Positions 28,820 to 39,531 of a DNA stretch of 64,000 nt are shown here, piece by piece. The notes beneath the pieces are model-generated. The model was not told where the DNA came from, made no database searches, and saw only the letters and a list, made by a program, of their open reading frames with translations. The stretch lies in NCBI GenBank assembly GCA_963795085.1, contig CAWCFX010000002.1, positions 288,001 through 352,000 on the forward strand. The letters run 5' to 3'. The translations under genes and the position numbers were made by a program. The DNA comes from an uncultured Gemmatimonadales bacterium (GTDB lineage Bacteria; Gemmatimonadota; Gemmatimonadetes; Gemmatimonadales; GWC2-71-9). Numbering within the stretch: position 1 is the stretch's first letter; each line of letters starts with the position of its first letter.

Positions 28820-29740
28820 ATGAGCCTGCTCGTCGTCGGCAGCGTGGCCCTCGATTCCATCTATACCCCCTTCGGCGAGACGGCCGATGCACTGGGCGGT
28901 TCCGCCGTGTATTTCAGCGTGGCGGCGGCCCTGTTGCACCCGGTGCAGGTAGTGGGGGTGGTCGGCGACGATTACCCCATGGCGGACCTGGAGCGGCTGG
29001 CGGCGCGCGGCATCGACTGGTCCGGCGTGGAGCGGGCCGAGGGGGAAAGTTTCCGCTGGAAGGGCAAGTACAGCTACGATCTCCAGAGCCGGGAGACCCT
29101 GGAGACGCGGCTCGGTGTCTTCGCCAACTTCCAGCCCAAGCTGCCGGCCCAGGCCCGCGACTGTCGCTTCGTCTTTCTCGGCAACATCGACCCCGAGCTG
29201 CAGCTGGGGGTGCTGGAGCAGGTGCGCCAGCCGGAGCTGGTCGTCTGCGACACCATGAACTACTGGATCCAGAGCAAGAAGGACGTGCTGCTCCACCTGC
29301 TGCGCCAGGTGGATATCCTGATGGTCAACGACAGCGAGGCCCGGGAACTCTCCGGCGACTGGAACATTCACCGCGCCGGACGCTGGATCCTGCGGCACGG
29401 CCCCAGCCGGGTGGTGATCAAGCAGGGCGAATACGGCGCCCTGATGCTGGAAGAGGGCCGCACCTTCTATGTGCCGGCCTTTCCGCTGGAGGAGGTGTTC
29501 GACCCCACCGGCGCCGGGGACTCGTTCGCCGGCGGCTTCATGGGGCACCTGGCCGCCAGCGACGATATCTCCAGCGACAACCTCCGCCGCGCCATGGTGT
29601 ACGGCTCCGCCATGGGGTCCTACGCGGTGGAGCAGTTCGGCATCCGGGGGTTCGACAGCATCACGCCGGCCGATGTCCACCACCGGGTCCACGCGTACCG
29701 CGATCTCACCCATGTCTCTCTGGCGGAGCCGATCGCATGA
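28820..29740 (+). CDS. PfkB family carbohydrate/nucleoside kinase
   Basis: GGSA, NDSEA and DPTGAGDSFAGG. Confidence 0.88.
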   Translation: MSLLVVGSVALDSIYTPFGETADALGGSAVYFSVAAALLHPVQVVGVVGDDYPMADLERLAARGIDWSGVERAEGESFRWKGKYSYDLQSRETLETRLGVFANFQPKLPAQARDCRFVFLGNIDPELQLGVLEQVRQPELVVCDTMNYWIQSKKDVLLHLLRQVDILMVNDSEARELSGDWNIHRAGRWILRHGPSRVVIKQGEYGALMLEEGRTFYVPAFPLEEVFDPTGAGDSFAGGFMGHLAASDDISSDNLRRAMVYGSAMGSYAVEQFGIRGFDSITPADVHHRVHAYRDLTHVSLAEPIA

Positions 29741-30765
29741 CCGAGACCCGTTACGCCGAGGCCGGCGTCAACCTGGCCGATGCCGACCGCGCCAAACGGC
29801 GGATCATCGAAGCCGTCGCCGCCACTGCGACCGACCTGAGCGCCGGGCGGCCCGGCGCGTTCGGCAGCATGGTGCGGATCCCCGCCGGGCTGGATCGGCC
29901 GACCCTGGTGCTGAGCACCGACGGGGTCGGCACCAAGGTCCTGGTGGCGGCGCTGGCCAATCGCTACGACTCGGTCGGCGAGGACCTGGTCAACCACAGC
30001 GTCAACGACATCCTGGTCCACGGCGCCCGCCCCATCGCGTTCATGGATTACCTGGCCGGCTCCGACCTGACGGTGGACCAGATCGCGTCCTTGGTCGAGG
30101 GCATCGCCCGGGGGTGCCGGGCCCACGGGATGAGCCTGGCTGGCGGCGAGACCGCCCAGATGCCGGGGCTCTACGGGCCCGGGCATTACGACCTGGCCGG
30201 GACCATCGTCGGGATCGTGGATGAGTCCAAAGCGTTACATGGGGACCATATCGTTCCAGGCGATGTCCTGCTGGGATACCGCTCCACCGGGCTCCATACC
30301 AACGGCTACAGCCTGGCGCGGCGCATTGTATTCGACAAGGCAGGCTTGCAGATCGGAGACATCCTGGGCGACACCGCCCAGACCGTCGCCGACGCCCTGC
30401 TGGCCGTCCACAGGAGCTATTTCAAAGCCATTGTCCCTGTTATAGATAGGCTGCACGGTCTGGCCCACATTACCGGGGGAGGGATCCCCGGCAATCTGGT
30501 GCGGATATTGCCCGAGGGAGCCGAAGCGGTGGTGAATCCCGGTGCCTGGGAACGGCCGCCGCTGTTCCGGTTCCTTCAGCAGGCAGGCCAGGTGTCCGAT
30601 ACCGAGATGCGCGATGTGTTCAATCTTGGCATCGGGATGATCGCGGTGCTTCCCGCGGCCGAAGTGGCGCAGGTGCGTGCCGCGGCCGACGCCGACCAGG
30701 TCTCGACCTGGGTCATCGGCGAGATCCGCCCCGGCCCCTGCTCGGTGACCTTCGCCACTCACTAG
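29737..30765 (+). CDS. purM: Phosphoribosylformylglycinamidine cyclo-ligase
   Basis: YAEAGV, TDGVGTK, GGETA, GLHTNGYSL, HITGGG and FNLGIGM. Confidence 0.95.
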   Translation: MTETRYAEAGVNLADADRAKRRIIEAVAATATDLSAGRPGAFGSMVRIPAGLDRPTLVLSTDGVGTKVLVAALANRYDSVGEDLVNHSVNDILVHGARPIAFMDYLAGSDLTVDQIASLVEGIARGCRAHGMSLAGGETAQMPGLYGPGHYDLAGTIVGIVDESKALHGDHIVPGDVLLGYRSTGLHTNGYSLARRIVFDKAGLQIGDILGDTAQTVADALLAVHRSYFKAIVPVIDRLHGLAHITGGGIPGNLVRILPEGAEAVVNPGAWERPPLFRFLQQAGQVSDTEMRDVFNLGIGMIAVLPAAEVAQVRAAADADQVSTWVIGEIRPGPCSVTFATH

Positions 30766-30774
30766 GGGCTTCTC

Positions 30775-31734
30775 ATGCGTCTCAGGTACATCCTCGCTGC
30801 CGTGCTCTGCACCATCGTCGGCTCTCCTTTAGCGGCCCAGAGCGACGATTGCTCTCCTTACGCCGGCCAGGCCCGCAACGTCTGCGACGCCGCGGTGGAC
30901 GGCACCCGGTACTTCCACCCCATCGCCGGCCTCCTGGTCAGCGGGGGCAACCCGGTGCTCGGCACCGCCCAGTCGCTGGGCGGGCTGCCCCATTTTTTCA
31001 TCGGCCTCCGGGTGAACGCGGCCAAGGTTGGCCTGCCCGACCTCAACTACGATGGCAGCAGCGACACCCTTGCGCTTGACGACGAGATCGTGTTTCCCTC
31101 TCCCGTGGTCGAGGCGGGACTGGGCCTCTGGCGGGGGCTGGGCAAGGGCCTGCTCTCCATCGACGCGCTGGGATCGGCCCAGCTGCTGCCCACCGACCAG
31201 ATTGACAATCTCCGGGTGGATGACGACGCCCGAAAGATCGGCGACATCGCGCTGGGCCTGGGGTACGGCGCGCGGATCGGCCTCATCCGCGGCTCCTTCC
31301 CGATTCCCTCGGTCTCGGTGAGCGTGATGAAGCGGACCATTCCCCAGATCCAGTACGGCGACCTGACCGATCCCACCCAGGACTACCAGTACGCGGTGGA
31401 CCTCCAGGCCACCAACATCCGGGCCACGGCGAGTATGCGGCTGCTTTTCATCAACGTGGCGGCCGGGATCGGCTGGGATAAGTACACCGGCGACGCCGTG
31501 ATCGCCTTCCGCGACCCGTTGTTCAATATTCCGCAGCCGCCCATCAACATCGAGCTGGACAACACCCGCACCATGATGTTCGCGGACGTGCTGCTCGATT
31601 TCCCGGTGATCAAGATCGCGGGCGAGATCGGCTACCAGGCCGGCAAGGACCAGAACCTCCCGACAACGTTCGAGGGCATTGACGACACCGCGGGCAAGCT
31701 CTTCGCCAGCGCGGGTATCCGGTTCGGCTTCTAG
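30775..31734 (+). CDS. Hypothetical outer-membrane protein
   Basis: Signal peptide; beta-strand pattern; C-terminal GIRFGF. Confidence 0.65.
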   Translation: MRLRYILAAVLCTIVGSPLAAQSDDCSPYAGQARNVCDAAVDGTRYFHPIAGLLVSGGNPVLGTAQSLGGLPHFFIGLRVNAAKVGLPDLNYDGSSDTLALDDEIVFPSPVVEAGLGLWRGLGKGLLSIDALGSAQLLPTDQIDNLRVDDDARKIGDIALGLGYGARIGLIRGSFPIPSVSVSVMKRTIPQIQYGDLTDPTQDYQYAVDLQATNIRATASMRLLFINVAAGIGWDKYTGDAVIAFRDPLFNIPQPPINIELDNTRTMMFADVLLDFPVIKIAGEIGYQAGKDQNLPTTFEGIDDTAGKLFASAGIRFGF

Positions 31735-31764
31735 GCACCCTGCCCCGGCGGTCACGGCGGGGAG

Positions 31765-31794
31765 GCGGGGAGACGACCCCGTCTCCCCGCTTTT
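31765..31794 (+). terminator. Intrinsic terminator-like hairpin
   Basis: GCGGGGAGACG-accc-CGTCTCCCCGC followed by TTTT. Confidence 0.65.
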
Positions 31795-31827
31795 CCGTCT
31801 CTCCCGCGTCCCCGCTTATCTTGCAGT

Positions 31828-32895
31828 ATGACCGAACTCGAGGCCATGCGCCGGGCCATCCAGGGGGGCTGGAAGGGGTGGGGGCGGGTGCATCCCAACC
31901 CGATGGTCGGGGCGGTGATTCTACGGGACGGCCGCATCATCGCCGAGGGATTTCATGCCGAGTTTGGAGGCGAGCACGCTGAAGCGGCGGCGCTCCGGCA
32001 GGTCACCGAGAGCCTGAAGGGCACCACCCTGGTGGTCTCCCTGGAGCCCTGTAACCACCAGGGCAAGCAACCGCCCTGCAGCGAGGCCATCCTCCGGAGC
32101 GGCATTACCCGGGTAGTGGCGGCGGCGGCCGATCCCAATCCGGCCGCCGGAGGCGGCATGGAGCGGCTGCGCGAGGCGGGGATCGTCGTGGAGGTCGGTC
32201 TCCTGCGGGAGGAGGCCGCCGCGCAGAACGCGGCCTTCTTTCACCAGTTCGCGGGGCGGAATCGTCCTTTCGTCGCGCTCAAACTGGCGACCAGCATCGA
32301 CGGCCGCATCGCGGACCGGGCCGGGTCCTCCCGGTGGATCTCGGGCCCCCAGGCGCGCGAGTTCGTGCACTGGCTCCGGGCCGGGTTCGACGCCATCGGG
32401 GTGGGGGGACGCACCGCCCGGGTAGATGATGCCTCGCTCACGGTTCGGGGTGACATCACCCCGCGGGTTCCGCCGGTCCGGGTCGTCTTCACGCGGACGG
32501 GCGAACTCCCGCCCGCCAGCCGGCTCCTCACCACTCCCGCCGATGGGCCCGTGATCGTCGCCCGGCTCGGCTCCCCATCGCTGGCCGCGTCCGACCTTCC
32601 CGCAGGGGACGTTTCGATCATCGGTGCCGAGGACCTGGCCGCCGTGCTGGCCCTGCTTCGGCAGCGCGGCATCACCTCGATCCTCGTGGAAGGCGGCGGG
32701 GAACTCTCCGGGGCGCTGCTCGCAGCCGGGCTGGTGGACCGGTTCTACTGGGTGCAGTCTCCCGTCTGGCTCGGCGACCGTGGCATCCCCGCGTTCCAGG
32801 GCCTACCGGCGCCGCTGCTGGGCTCGGCCCACCGGTGGACCGTGGTCGAGCGGCGGAGCCTGGGGCAGGACACCCTGCTGGTGGTAGATCGCTGA
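31828..32895 (+). CDS. ribD: Riboflavin biosynthesis deaminase/reductase
   Basis: PNPMVGA, HAE, LEPCNHQGKQPPC and VEGG. Confidence 0.95.
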   Translation: MTELEAMRRAIQGGWKGWGRVHPNPMVGAVILRDGRIIAEGFHAEFGGEHAEAAALRQVTESLKGTTLVVSLEPCNHQGKQPPCSEAILRSGITRVVAAAADPNPAAGGGMERLREAGIVVEVGLLREEAAAQNAAFFHQFAGRNRPFVALKLATSIDGRIADRAGSSRWISGPQAREFVHWLRAGFDAIGVGGRTARVDDASLTVRGDITPRVPPVRVVFTRTGELPPASRLLTTPADGPVIVARLGSPSLAASDLPAGDVSIIGAEDLAAVLALLRQRGITSILVEGGGELSGALLAAGLVDRFYWVQSPVWLGDRGIPAFQGLPAPLLGSAHRWTVVERRSLGQDTLLVVDR

Positions 32896-33494
32896 TGTTC
32901 ACCGGATTGATCGAGGCGGTGGGGACCCTCGCGGAGTCGGCACGAGGCCCTGACGGACTGGTGCTCGCCATCGCGTCGCCGTTTCCCGACTTGTCGCCGG
33001 GCGAGAGCGTCGCCGTTGACGGGGCCTGCCTGACCGTTACCGACCCGGGGGCCGGCCGCTTCCGGGTGCAGGTGGTGCACTCGTCGCTGGAGCGCACCTG
33101 TTTCGCCCAGTACCTGCCCGGCCGCCGGATCAACCTGGAGCGCGCGGTCCGGGTGGGTGACCGGCTGGGCGGGCACCTGGTACAGGGTCATGTGGACGGC
33201 GTTGGCACGGTCCGGGCACTGGCGCGGCGGGAGGATGCCCTGCTCATGGATATCGACGTGCCCAGGGAGGTCGCCCGGGTCTCCATCCCGCTCGGTTCGA
33301 TTACCGTGGACGGCGTCAGCCTCACCGTCAACGCGATCCCGGCGCCCGGTGTGGTCCAGGTGTCGCTCATTCCCCATACCCTGGCGCACACCGCGCTCGG
33401 TGACCGAAAGGCCGGGGCGAGGGTACATTTGGAGGCGGATATGATCGCCAAATATGTCCGCCAGTTCGTGACCAGACCGGAAAGCACGGAGTGA
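32895..33494 (+). CDS. ribE: Riboflavin synthase
   Basis: MFTGLIE, DGACLTV, NLERA and [10 protein letters not shown]. Confidence 0.95.
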   Translation: MFTGLIEAVGTLAESARGPDGLVLAIASPFPDLSPGESVAVDGACLTVTDPGAGRFRVQVVHSSLERTCFAQYLPGRRINLERAVRVGDRLGGHLVQGHVDGVGTVRALARREDALLMDIDVPREVARVSIPLGSITVDGVSLTVNAIPAPGVVQVSLIPHTLAHTALGDRKAGARVHLEADMIAKYVRQFVTRPESTE

Positions 33495-34709
33495 ATGGAT
33501 TCTGACGCATTCGGCACTATCGAGCAGGCCATCGAAGACCTGCGCAACGGCAAGATCATCATCGTCGCCGATGACGAGGATCGCGAGAACGAAGGCGACC
33601 TGGTCTGCGCCGCCGAGCTGGTTACGCCGGAGACCATCAACTTCATGGCGATGCATGGCCGGGGACTGATCTGCCTGGCCCTCACCGGGGAGCGTTGCGA
33701 CCAGCTGGGCCTGGCCCAGATGTCCGACCGCAATACCGAAGCGCTGGGCACCGCCTTCACCGTGAGCATCGACGCCGAACGGCGGTTCGGCGTGTCCACC
33801 GGCATCTCGGCCGCCGACCGCGCCGCCACCATTCACGTCGCCATCAATCCGTCCACCACCCCCGGCGACCTGCGCCGCCCGGGCCACGTTTTTCCGCTCC
33901 GGGCCCGCCCTGGCGGCGTCCTGCAGCGGGTGGGGCAGACCGAGGCCAGCGTGGACCTGGCCCGGCTGGCCGGGCTGGTGCCCGCCGGCGTGATCTGCGA
34001 GATCCTCAACGCCGACGGTACCATGGCCCGACGGCCCGAGCTGGAGGTGTTCGCCGGCACCCACGGGCTCACCTTCATCACGGTGGCCCAGCTGGTCGCC
34101 TGGCGGCTGGGCAGCGAGAAGCTGATCCGCCGGGTGGCCGAGGCCCGGCTGCCGACCCAGTATGGCGAGTTCCGTATTATCGGCTACCAGAACGACGTAG
34201 ATACCGCGGAGCACGTGGCCCTGGTCCTCGGCGAGGTCGCCGGCGAGACGAACGTCCTGGTGCGGATGCACTCCAAGTGCCTGACCGGCGATGTGTTCGG
34301 GTCGATGCGCTGCGACTGCGGGCCCCAGCTGCACGCGGCGATGCGCATGATCGGGCAGGCCGGCAAGGGCGTCATCGTCTATCTGGACCAGGAGGGGCGG
34401 GGCATCGGCCTCCTCAACAAGCTGCGCGCCTACACGCTGCAGGACAGCGGCGACGACACCGTGGAAGCCAACAAGCGTCTCGGGTTCGGGGCCGATCTCC
34501 GCAACTACGGCATCGGGGCGCAGATCCTCCGCGACCTCGGCCTTTCATCCATCCGGATCATGACCAACAATCCCCGCAAGCTGGTCGGCCTCGAGGGCTA
34601 TGGCCTCGAGATCAGCGAGCGCCTGCCCCTGCAGTCCGATCCTACCGACGAAAACCGCGGCTATCTCGGCGTCAAGCGGGACAAGCTCGGCCACCTGCTG
34701 GCGCACTGA
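33495..34709 (+). CDS. ribBA: DHBP synthase / GTP cyclohydrolase II
   Basis: [36 protein letters not shown] and QEGRGIGL. Confidence 0.95.
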   Translation: MDSDAFGTIEQAIEDLRNGKIIIVADDEDRENEGDLVCAAELVTPETINFMAMHGRGLICLALTGERCDQLGLAQMSDRNTEALGTAFTVSIDAERRFGVSTGISAADRAATIHVAINPSTTPGDLRRPGHVFPLRARPGGVLQRVGQTEASVDLARLAGLVPAGVICEILNADGTMARRPELEVFAGTHGLTFITVAQLVAWRLGSEKLIRRVAEARLPTQYGEFRIIGYQNDVDTAEHVALVLGEVAGETNVLVRMHSKCLTGDVFGSMRCDCGPQLHAAMRMIGQAGKGVIVYLDQEGRGIGLLNKLRAYTLQDSGDDTVEANKRLGFGADLRNYGIGAQILRDLGLSSIRIMTNNPRKLVGLEGYGLEISERLPLQSDPTDENRGYLGVKRDKLGHLLAH

Positions 34710-34710
34710 C

Positions 34711-35190
34711 GTGACCGAATACACGGGACACCTGCGCCGTACGGGGCGGGTCGCCATCGTCGTGAGCCGGTACAACGAACTGGTCACCACCCGCTTGCTG
34801 GAGGGCGCCCAGGCCTGCTGCGCCGAAGCGGCGATACCGGCGGCGGAGGTGGATGTGTACTGGGTACCCGGCGCCTTCGAGCTGGTGGGCGCGGCCGACG
34901 CCGCCGCGGCGACCGGCCGATACGCCTGCGTCATCGCCCTGGGAGCGGTGATCCGGGGCGAGACCCCGCATTTCGAGTTCGTGGCCGGCGAAACGACCCG
35001 GGGCCTGGGCCAGGTGGTGCTGGCCCGCTCGGTACCGGTGGGCTTCGGCCTGTTGACCGTGGATACCCTGGTGCAGGCCCGGGAGCGGGCCGGCGGCGCG
35101 GCCGGCAACAAAGGCTATGAGGCCGCCGAGGCCGCGCTGCGATCGGCCGACCTGCTGGCCCAGATGGGACGCGATGCCGCTCAGCCCTAA
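34711..35190 (+). CDS. ribH: 6,7-dimethyl-8-ribityllumazine synthase
   Basis: VPGAFEL, GAVIRGETPHF and NKGYEAA. Confidence 0.95.
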   Translation: MTEYTGHLRRTGRVAIVVSRYNELVTTRLLEGAQACCAEAAIPAAEVDVYWVPGAFELVGAADAAAATGRYACVIALGAVIRGETPHFEFVAGETTRGLGQVVLARSVPVGFGLLTVDTLVQARERAGGAAGNKGYEAAEAALRSADLLAQMGRDAAQP

Positions 35191-35590
35191 GACCCGGATG
35201 CGGGCCCGGACCCTGCAACTGCTCTATGCCTGGGAGATGCAGGGGGCGCCCGCCATGGTGAATGTCGCCAGCGGGCTGGTGCGAATCACCGGCCGGGTTC
35301 CCCGGGCGCTGGAAGAAGCCGAGCAGTTCGCCACCGCCGTGATCGAGCAGGCCGCGGACCTCGACGCGCAGGCGGAGGCCGCCGCGGAGAACTGGCGGAT
35401 CGAGCGGCTGGGTGTCATCGAGCGCAACATTCTCCGGATCGCGGTCCTCGAGCTGGCCCAGAACTCGGCCCCGCCCAAGGTCGTGATCAACGAGGCGGTC
35501 CAGCTGGCGCACTGGTTCGGCGGGCGGAAATCGCCGGGCTTCATCAACGGCGTACTGGACCGCATAGCGCATTCGCTTGGCCGCCTGTGA
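35174..35590 (+). CDS. nusB: Transcription antitermination factor NusB
   Basis: NWRIERL...RNILR and VVINEAVQLA..F...FINGVLD; follows ribH. Confidence 0.93.
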   Translation: MPLSPKTRMRARTLQLLYAWEMQGAPAMVNVASGLVRITGRVPRALEEAEQFATAVIEQAADLDAQAEAAAENWRIERLGVIERNILRIAVLELAQNSAPPKVVINEAVQLAHWFGGRKSPGFINGVLDRIAHSLGRL

Positions 35591-36705
35591 ACATCCTGCT
35601 GGTGAACTGGCAGGACCGCGAGAATCCCCAGGCCGGGGGCGCGGAGATCCATCTCTTCGAGATCTTCTCCCGGCTGGCCGCCCAGGGCCACCGGGTCCGA
35701 CTGGTCTGTTCGGGCTGGGAGGGCGCGGCCCGGGAGGCGTCGGTGGACGGCATCGCGGTGCGGCGGACCGGCAACCGCTCGACCTTTACCCTGCGCGGGC
35801 GGGGGGCGGTGCGGGCGGAGATCCGTCGGGAAGCGCCCGACATCCTGGTGGAGGACATCAACAAGCTCCCGCTGTTTCTCTCCGGGCTCACGGCGGCGCC
35901 CCTCTACGTGATCATTCCCCACCTGTTCGGCGAGACCATTTTCCACGAGGCCGCCTGGCCCATGGCGGCGCTGGTCTGGCTCGCCGAGCGCCCGATTCCC
36001 CGGGCCTACCGGCGGGCGGCCTTTCACGCCATCAGCGAGAGTACCGCCGCCGACCTGGTTCAACGGGGCGTGCCGGAGGATCGAATCCGGGTGATACATC
36101 CCGGGGTGGACGCCGTCCGACACACCCCGGATCCGGGGGTGCGTGCCCCGGCGCCCAGGTTCCTCTATCTGGGCCGTCTCAAGCGCTACAAGGGTGTCGA
36201 GGTCGCCCTCCGCGCCCTGGCCGTGGCGCGCCGATCCCGTCCCGATCTTATCTTGGATGTTGCGGGGACCGGCGACGACCGGCCCCGCCTGGAGTCGATC
36301 GCCCGGAGCCTCGCGATCGGCGACGCCGTTCGCTTCCACGGTTTCGTGAGCGAAGCCGAGAAGCTCCGGCTGCTTCGGAGCAGCTGGGCCAACATCTTTC
36401 CCTCGCCCAAGGAAGGGTGGGGCATCACCATCGTGGAGGCGGCGGCCTGCGGGACCCCGTCGCTGGCCTCCGACAGCCCCGGCCTGCGGGACTCGGTTCG
36501 CCATGGCGAAACCGGGTACCTGGTGCCCCATGGCGATGCGGACGCCCTGGCCGCCCGGATGCTGGAACTGGCCGCCCAGCCCGCGCTGGTCCGGTCGCTG
36601 GGCTTGCGGGCCCGGGCCTTCGCGGAAGGGTTGAGCTGGGACGACGCGGCCCGGCACACTGAGCGCCACCTCAACGAGACGATTCGCAGCCACAAGGGAG
36701 AATAG
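35587..36705 (+). CDS. Glycosyltransferase family 4
   Basis: GGAE, GRL..YKG and EGWGITIVEA. Confidence 0.9.
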   Translation: MNILLVNWQDRENPQAGGAEIHLFEIFSRLAAQGHRVRLVCSGWEGAAREASVDGIAVRRTGNRSTFTLRGRGAVRAEIRREAPDILVEDINKLPLFLSGLTAAPLYVIIPHLFGETIFHEAAWPMAALVWLAERPIPRAYRRAAFHAISESTAADLVQRGVPEDRIRVIHPGVDAVRHTPDPGVRAPAPRFLYLGRLKRYKGVEVALRALAVARRSRPDLILDVAGTGDDRPRLESIARSLAIGDAVRFHGFVSEAEKLRLLRSSWANIFPSPKEGWGITIVEAAACGTPSLASDSPGLRDSVRHGETGYLVPHGDADALAARMLELAAQPALVRSLGLRARAFAEGLSWDDAARHTERHLNETIRSHKGE

Positions 36706-36707
36706 AA

Positions 36708-37019
36708 ATGCGCACCGTGATCACCGCTCTTCACTGTGAGATCCCTGACGTCCTCAAGGAGCGCGCCGAAGCCATTGGCGAGCGCCTCGGCCACCTGGCG
36801 CCGCGCGGCCAGGAGTGCACCATCGTGTTCGACTCCGAGGCCCCCAACAGCACCGCCACGGCCGAGGTCCGGCTGCACGTCCCGCCCGGCAAACTCCTGG
36901 TCGCCAAGGGTGAGGGGGTGGATCACCGGACCGCCCTGGACCGGGCGGAGGAGCGGTTGCGCAGCCAGCTGGACAAGGTTTCCAAGCCCGGCGTCAGAGC
37001 GAGGGCCCAGGGGGCGTGA
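36708..37019 (+). CDS. hpf: HPF/RaiA ribosome-associated protein
   Basis: Size; ALDRAEERLRSQL helix; position before hprK. Confidence 0.7.
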   Translation: MRTVITALHCEIPDVLKERAEAIGERLGHLAPRGQECTIVFDSEAPNSTATAEVRLHVPPGKLLVAKGEGVDHRTALDRAEERLRSQLDKVSKPGVRARAQGA

Positions 37020-37981
37020 ACCTCCGGCTGCGCGACCTGCTGAGCCGGAAGGGCGACCCGCTTCAGCTGGAGACCATGACCGGCGATTCGGGTCTCGACC
37101 GGTTCGTGCCCGACGGCGAGATCTCCAGCCCCGGGCTGGCACTGGCGGGGTACACCGGGCGGTTCGCGCCGCACCGCCTGCACGTGCTGGGCGAAACCGA
37201 GATCAGCTATCTCGCTTCGCTCGATGCCGTGACGCGCAGCCGGACCCTGGAAGGGCTCTTCGCGTTTGACCTGCCCTGCGTCTTCGTGACCAAGGGGCAG
37301 GAGGTGCCCCCCGAAATGCTGGAGCTGGCCCGCCGGCAGGGAACACCGGTGCTCCGGACCCGGCTCAAGACGGCGGAGTTCTACCGGCGGATCAAGCCGA
37401 TTCTCGAAGAAGCGTTCGCGCCCCGCACTACCCTGCACGGGTCGCTGGCCGACGTGTACGGCGTGGGGCTGCTCTTCGTGGGCCGCTCCGGGATCGGCAA
37501 GAGCGAGTGCGTCCTCGACCTGGTGGAACGGGGCCACCGCCTGGTGGCCGACGACGTGGTGCAGGTGACCCGGCGGGGCCAGGACATTCTGATCGGCCAG
37601 GGGCACGAGCTGGCCGCCCACCACATGGAGATCCGGGGTATCGGCCTCATTGATATTCCCCGGCTGTTCGGCGTCCGCTCGGTGCGGCAGCAGAAGCGGA
37701 TCGAGGTGATCGTGCAGCTGGACGACTGGGAAACCACCGGCGATGCCGAGCGCACCGGCCTGACCCACGCGGAAACCGTGGTGCTCGAGGTCACCCTGCC
37801 CAAGGTCATCGTGCCGCTCAACCCCGGCAAGAATATCACCGTCATCTCCGAGGTCGTGGCCATGGCCCACCTGCTGCGCTATTCCGGCGTGGATATGGCC
37901 GCGGCCTTCAATGAACGGCTGATCCGGAAAATGAAAGATCGGAAAGGCCTCCGCGAGTACCTGGCCGAAGACTATGAATGA
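37016..37981 (+). CDS. hprK: HPr kinase/phosphorylase
   Basis: GRSGIGKSE, GHRLVADD and MEIRGIG. Confidence 0.95.
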   Translation: MNLRLRDLLSRKGDPLQLETMTGDSGLDRFVPDGEISSPGLALAGYTGRFAPHRLHVLGETEISYLASLDAVTRSRTLEGLFAFDLPCVFVTKGQEVPPEMLELARRQGTPVLRTRLKTAEFYRRIKPILEEAFAPRTTLHGSLADVYGVGLLFVGRSGIGKSECVLDLVERGHRLVADDVVQVTRRGQDILIGQGHELAAHHMEIRGIGLIDIPRLFGVRSVRQQKRIEVIVQLDDWETTGDAERTGLTHAETVVLEVTLPKVIVPLNPGKNITVISEVVAMAHLLRYSGVDMAAAFNERLIRKMKDRKGLREYLAEDYE

Positions 37982-38354
37982 GCCGCTGCGCGGGGTGATC
38001 GCGTGTCACGGACGGCTGGCGGAAGCGCTGATCGACGCCACCGAGCGGATCAGCGGGGTGACCGGGGCGCTGGTGCCGGTGACCAACACCGACTGCGACC
38101 GCGGGCTCATCGAGCAGCGGATTGCCGCCGCCGTCGGCGACGGGCCGGCGATCGTCTTCACCGACATGGCCAGCGGCAGCTGCCTCATCGCGGCGGCCAC
38201 CCTGGCCCGGAAGCAGGGGCAGGGCCGGGTCGCCGTGGTCACCGGCGTGAACCTGGCGATGCTGATCGATTTCGTGTTTCACCGCGAGCTGACCCTGGCC
38301 GCCGCGACGGCCCGCATCGCCGAATCGGGGCGGAAGGCCATCCAGGTACCCTGA
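37974..38354 (+). CDS. PTS mannose-family EIIA
   Basis: CHG phospho-His; TD...GS; TGVNLAML. Confidence 0.88.
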   Translation: MNEPLRGVIACHGRLAEALIDATERISGVTGALVPVTNTDCDRGLIEQRIAAAVGDGPAIVFTDMASGSCLIAAATLARKQGQGRVAVVTGVNLAMLIDFVFHRELTLAAATARIAESGRKAIQVP

Positions 38355-38827
38355 TGTCCATTCTGCTTTACCGGGTCGACGACCGCCTGGTCCATGGGCA
38401 GGTGGTAATCGGGTGGGGAACGCCCATGGGCATCGAGTTCATCCTGCTGGTCGATGACCAGGTGCGGGAGAGCGCCTGGGAACAGGACCTCTACCGCATG
38501 GGCGTCCCGCCCGGCGTGGAACTGATATTCGCCAGCACGAAGGAGGCGGCCGAGGCTGTTCCCCGGATGGCCGCCGATCGCCGGCGGGGCATTCTGCTGG
38601 CGGCCGGCGTGGATACCATGACGGGCCTCCAGGCGGCGGGGGTCGTGATTCCCCGGCTCAACCTGGGAGGGATTCACCACCAGCCGGGACGAACCGAGCG
38701 CCTGCCCTATCTCTACCTGACCGACGAGGAGCTGGCCCAGTTGGTCGCGCTGCAAGCCGGCGGCGTGGACGTCACGGCCCAGGATCTTCCCACCGCCAGC
38801 CCGGTCGCGCTGGGGGCCCTGCCATGA
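38354..38827 (+). CDS. PTS mannose-family EIIB
   Basis: RVDDRLVHGQV and NLGG. Confidence 0.92.
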   Translation: MSILLYRVDDRLVHGQVVIGWGTPMGIEFILLVDDQVRESAWEQDLYRMGVPPGVELIFASTKEAAEAVPRMAADRRRGILLAAGVDTMTGLQAAGVVIPRLNLGGIHHQPGRTERLPYLYLTDEELAQLVALQAGGVDVTAQDLPTASPVALGALP

Positions 38828-39531
38828 CGCCGCCGCTGCTGCTCCTCGGCCTGCTGCTCCTCTGGGGCACCATCGTGGGACTGGACCTGGTCACCGTGCC
38901 GCAGAGCATGGTGTCCCGTCCGCTGGTGGCGGGCGCGGTGACCGGGCTGATCGTGAGCCTGGTGCAGCCCGGAGTCTATTCCGTCTCGCCGCTCGGCACC
39001 GGGCTCATGGTGGGCGCGGTCCTGGAGCTCTACGCGCTCGATGTCCTGCCCTTCGGGGCCTCGCGGTACCCCGACTACGGCCCCGCCACCGTGGCGGCCG
39101 TGTATGCGGCGCTGGGGTGGCGGCCCGAGCTCGGGCTGGGGGCCTCGGTCGGCGTGGGACTGCTCATCGCCGTCCTGGGCGGTTGGCTGATGCAGATGAT
39201 GCGCCGCGCCAATGCCGCCGCCATTCAGCGCCGGGCCGCCGCGCTTTCGGCCGGCGAGTCGGACGCCATTCGGGCCCTCCAGTGGGGCGGCGTCCGCCGC
39301 GACATCGTGCGGAGCGCGGGGGTGACCCTGACCGGCCTCATGGTGGCGACCATCATCTGGCCGCTGCTGCCACCGGGATCGGAGAACTTCCGGTGGCTGA
39401 CCCTGGTCGCGGTGGCCGGCGGCATTGCGGCGGCCATCGGGGGCGCCATCCGGAGCGCCGGCCGCACCCGGCGGCTGGCCTGGGCGGCCGCGGGACTCGG
39501 CGCCGGGGTGCTCCTCGTGGTGCTTCGATGA
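38824..39531 (+). CDS. PTS mannose-family EIIC
   Basis: SRPLVAG, GAVLEL and P.G...PD; transmembrane helices. Confidence 0.85.
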   Translation: MTPPLLLLGLLLLWGTIVGLDLVTVPQSMVSRPLVAGAVTGLIVSLVQPGVYSVSPLGTGLMVGAVLELYALDVLPFGASRYPDYGPATVAAVYAALGWRPELGLGASVGVGLLIAVLGGWLMQMMRRANAAAIQRRAAALSAGESDAIRALQWGGVRRDIVRSAGVTLTGLMVATIIWPLLPPGSENFRWLTLVAVAGGIAAAIGGAIRSAGRTRRLAWAAAGLGAGVLLVVLR

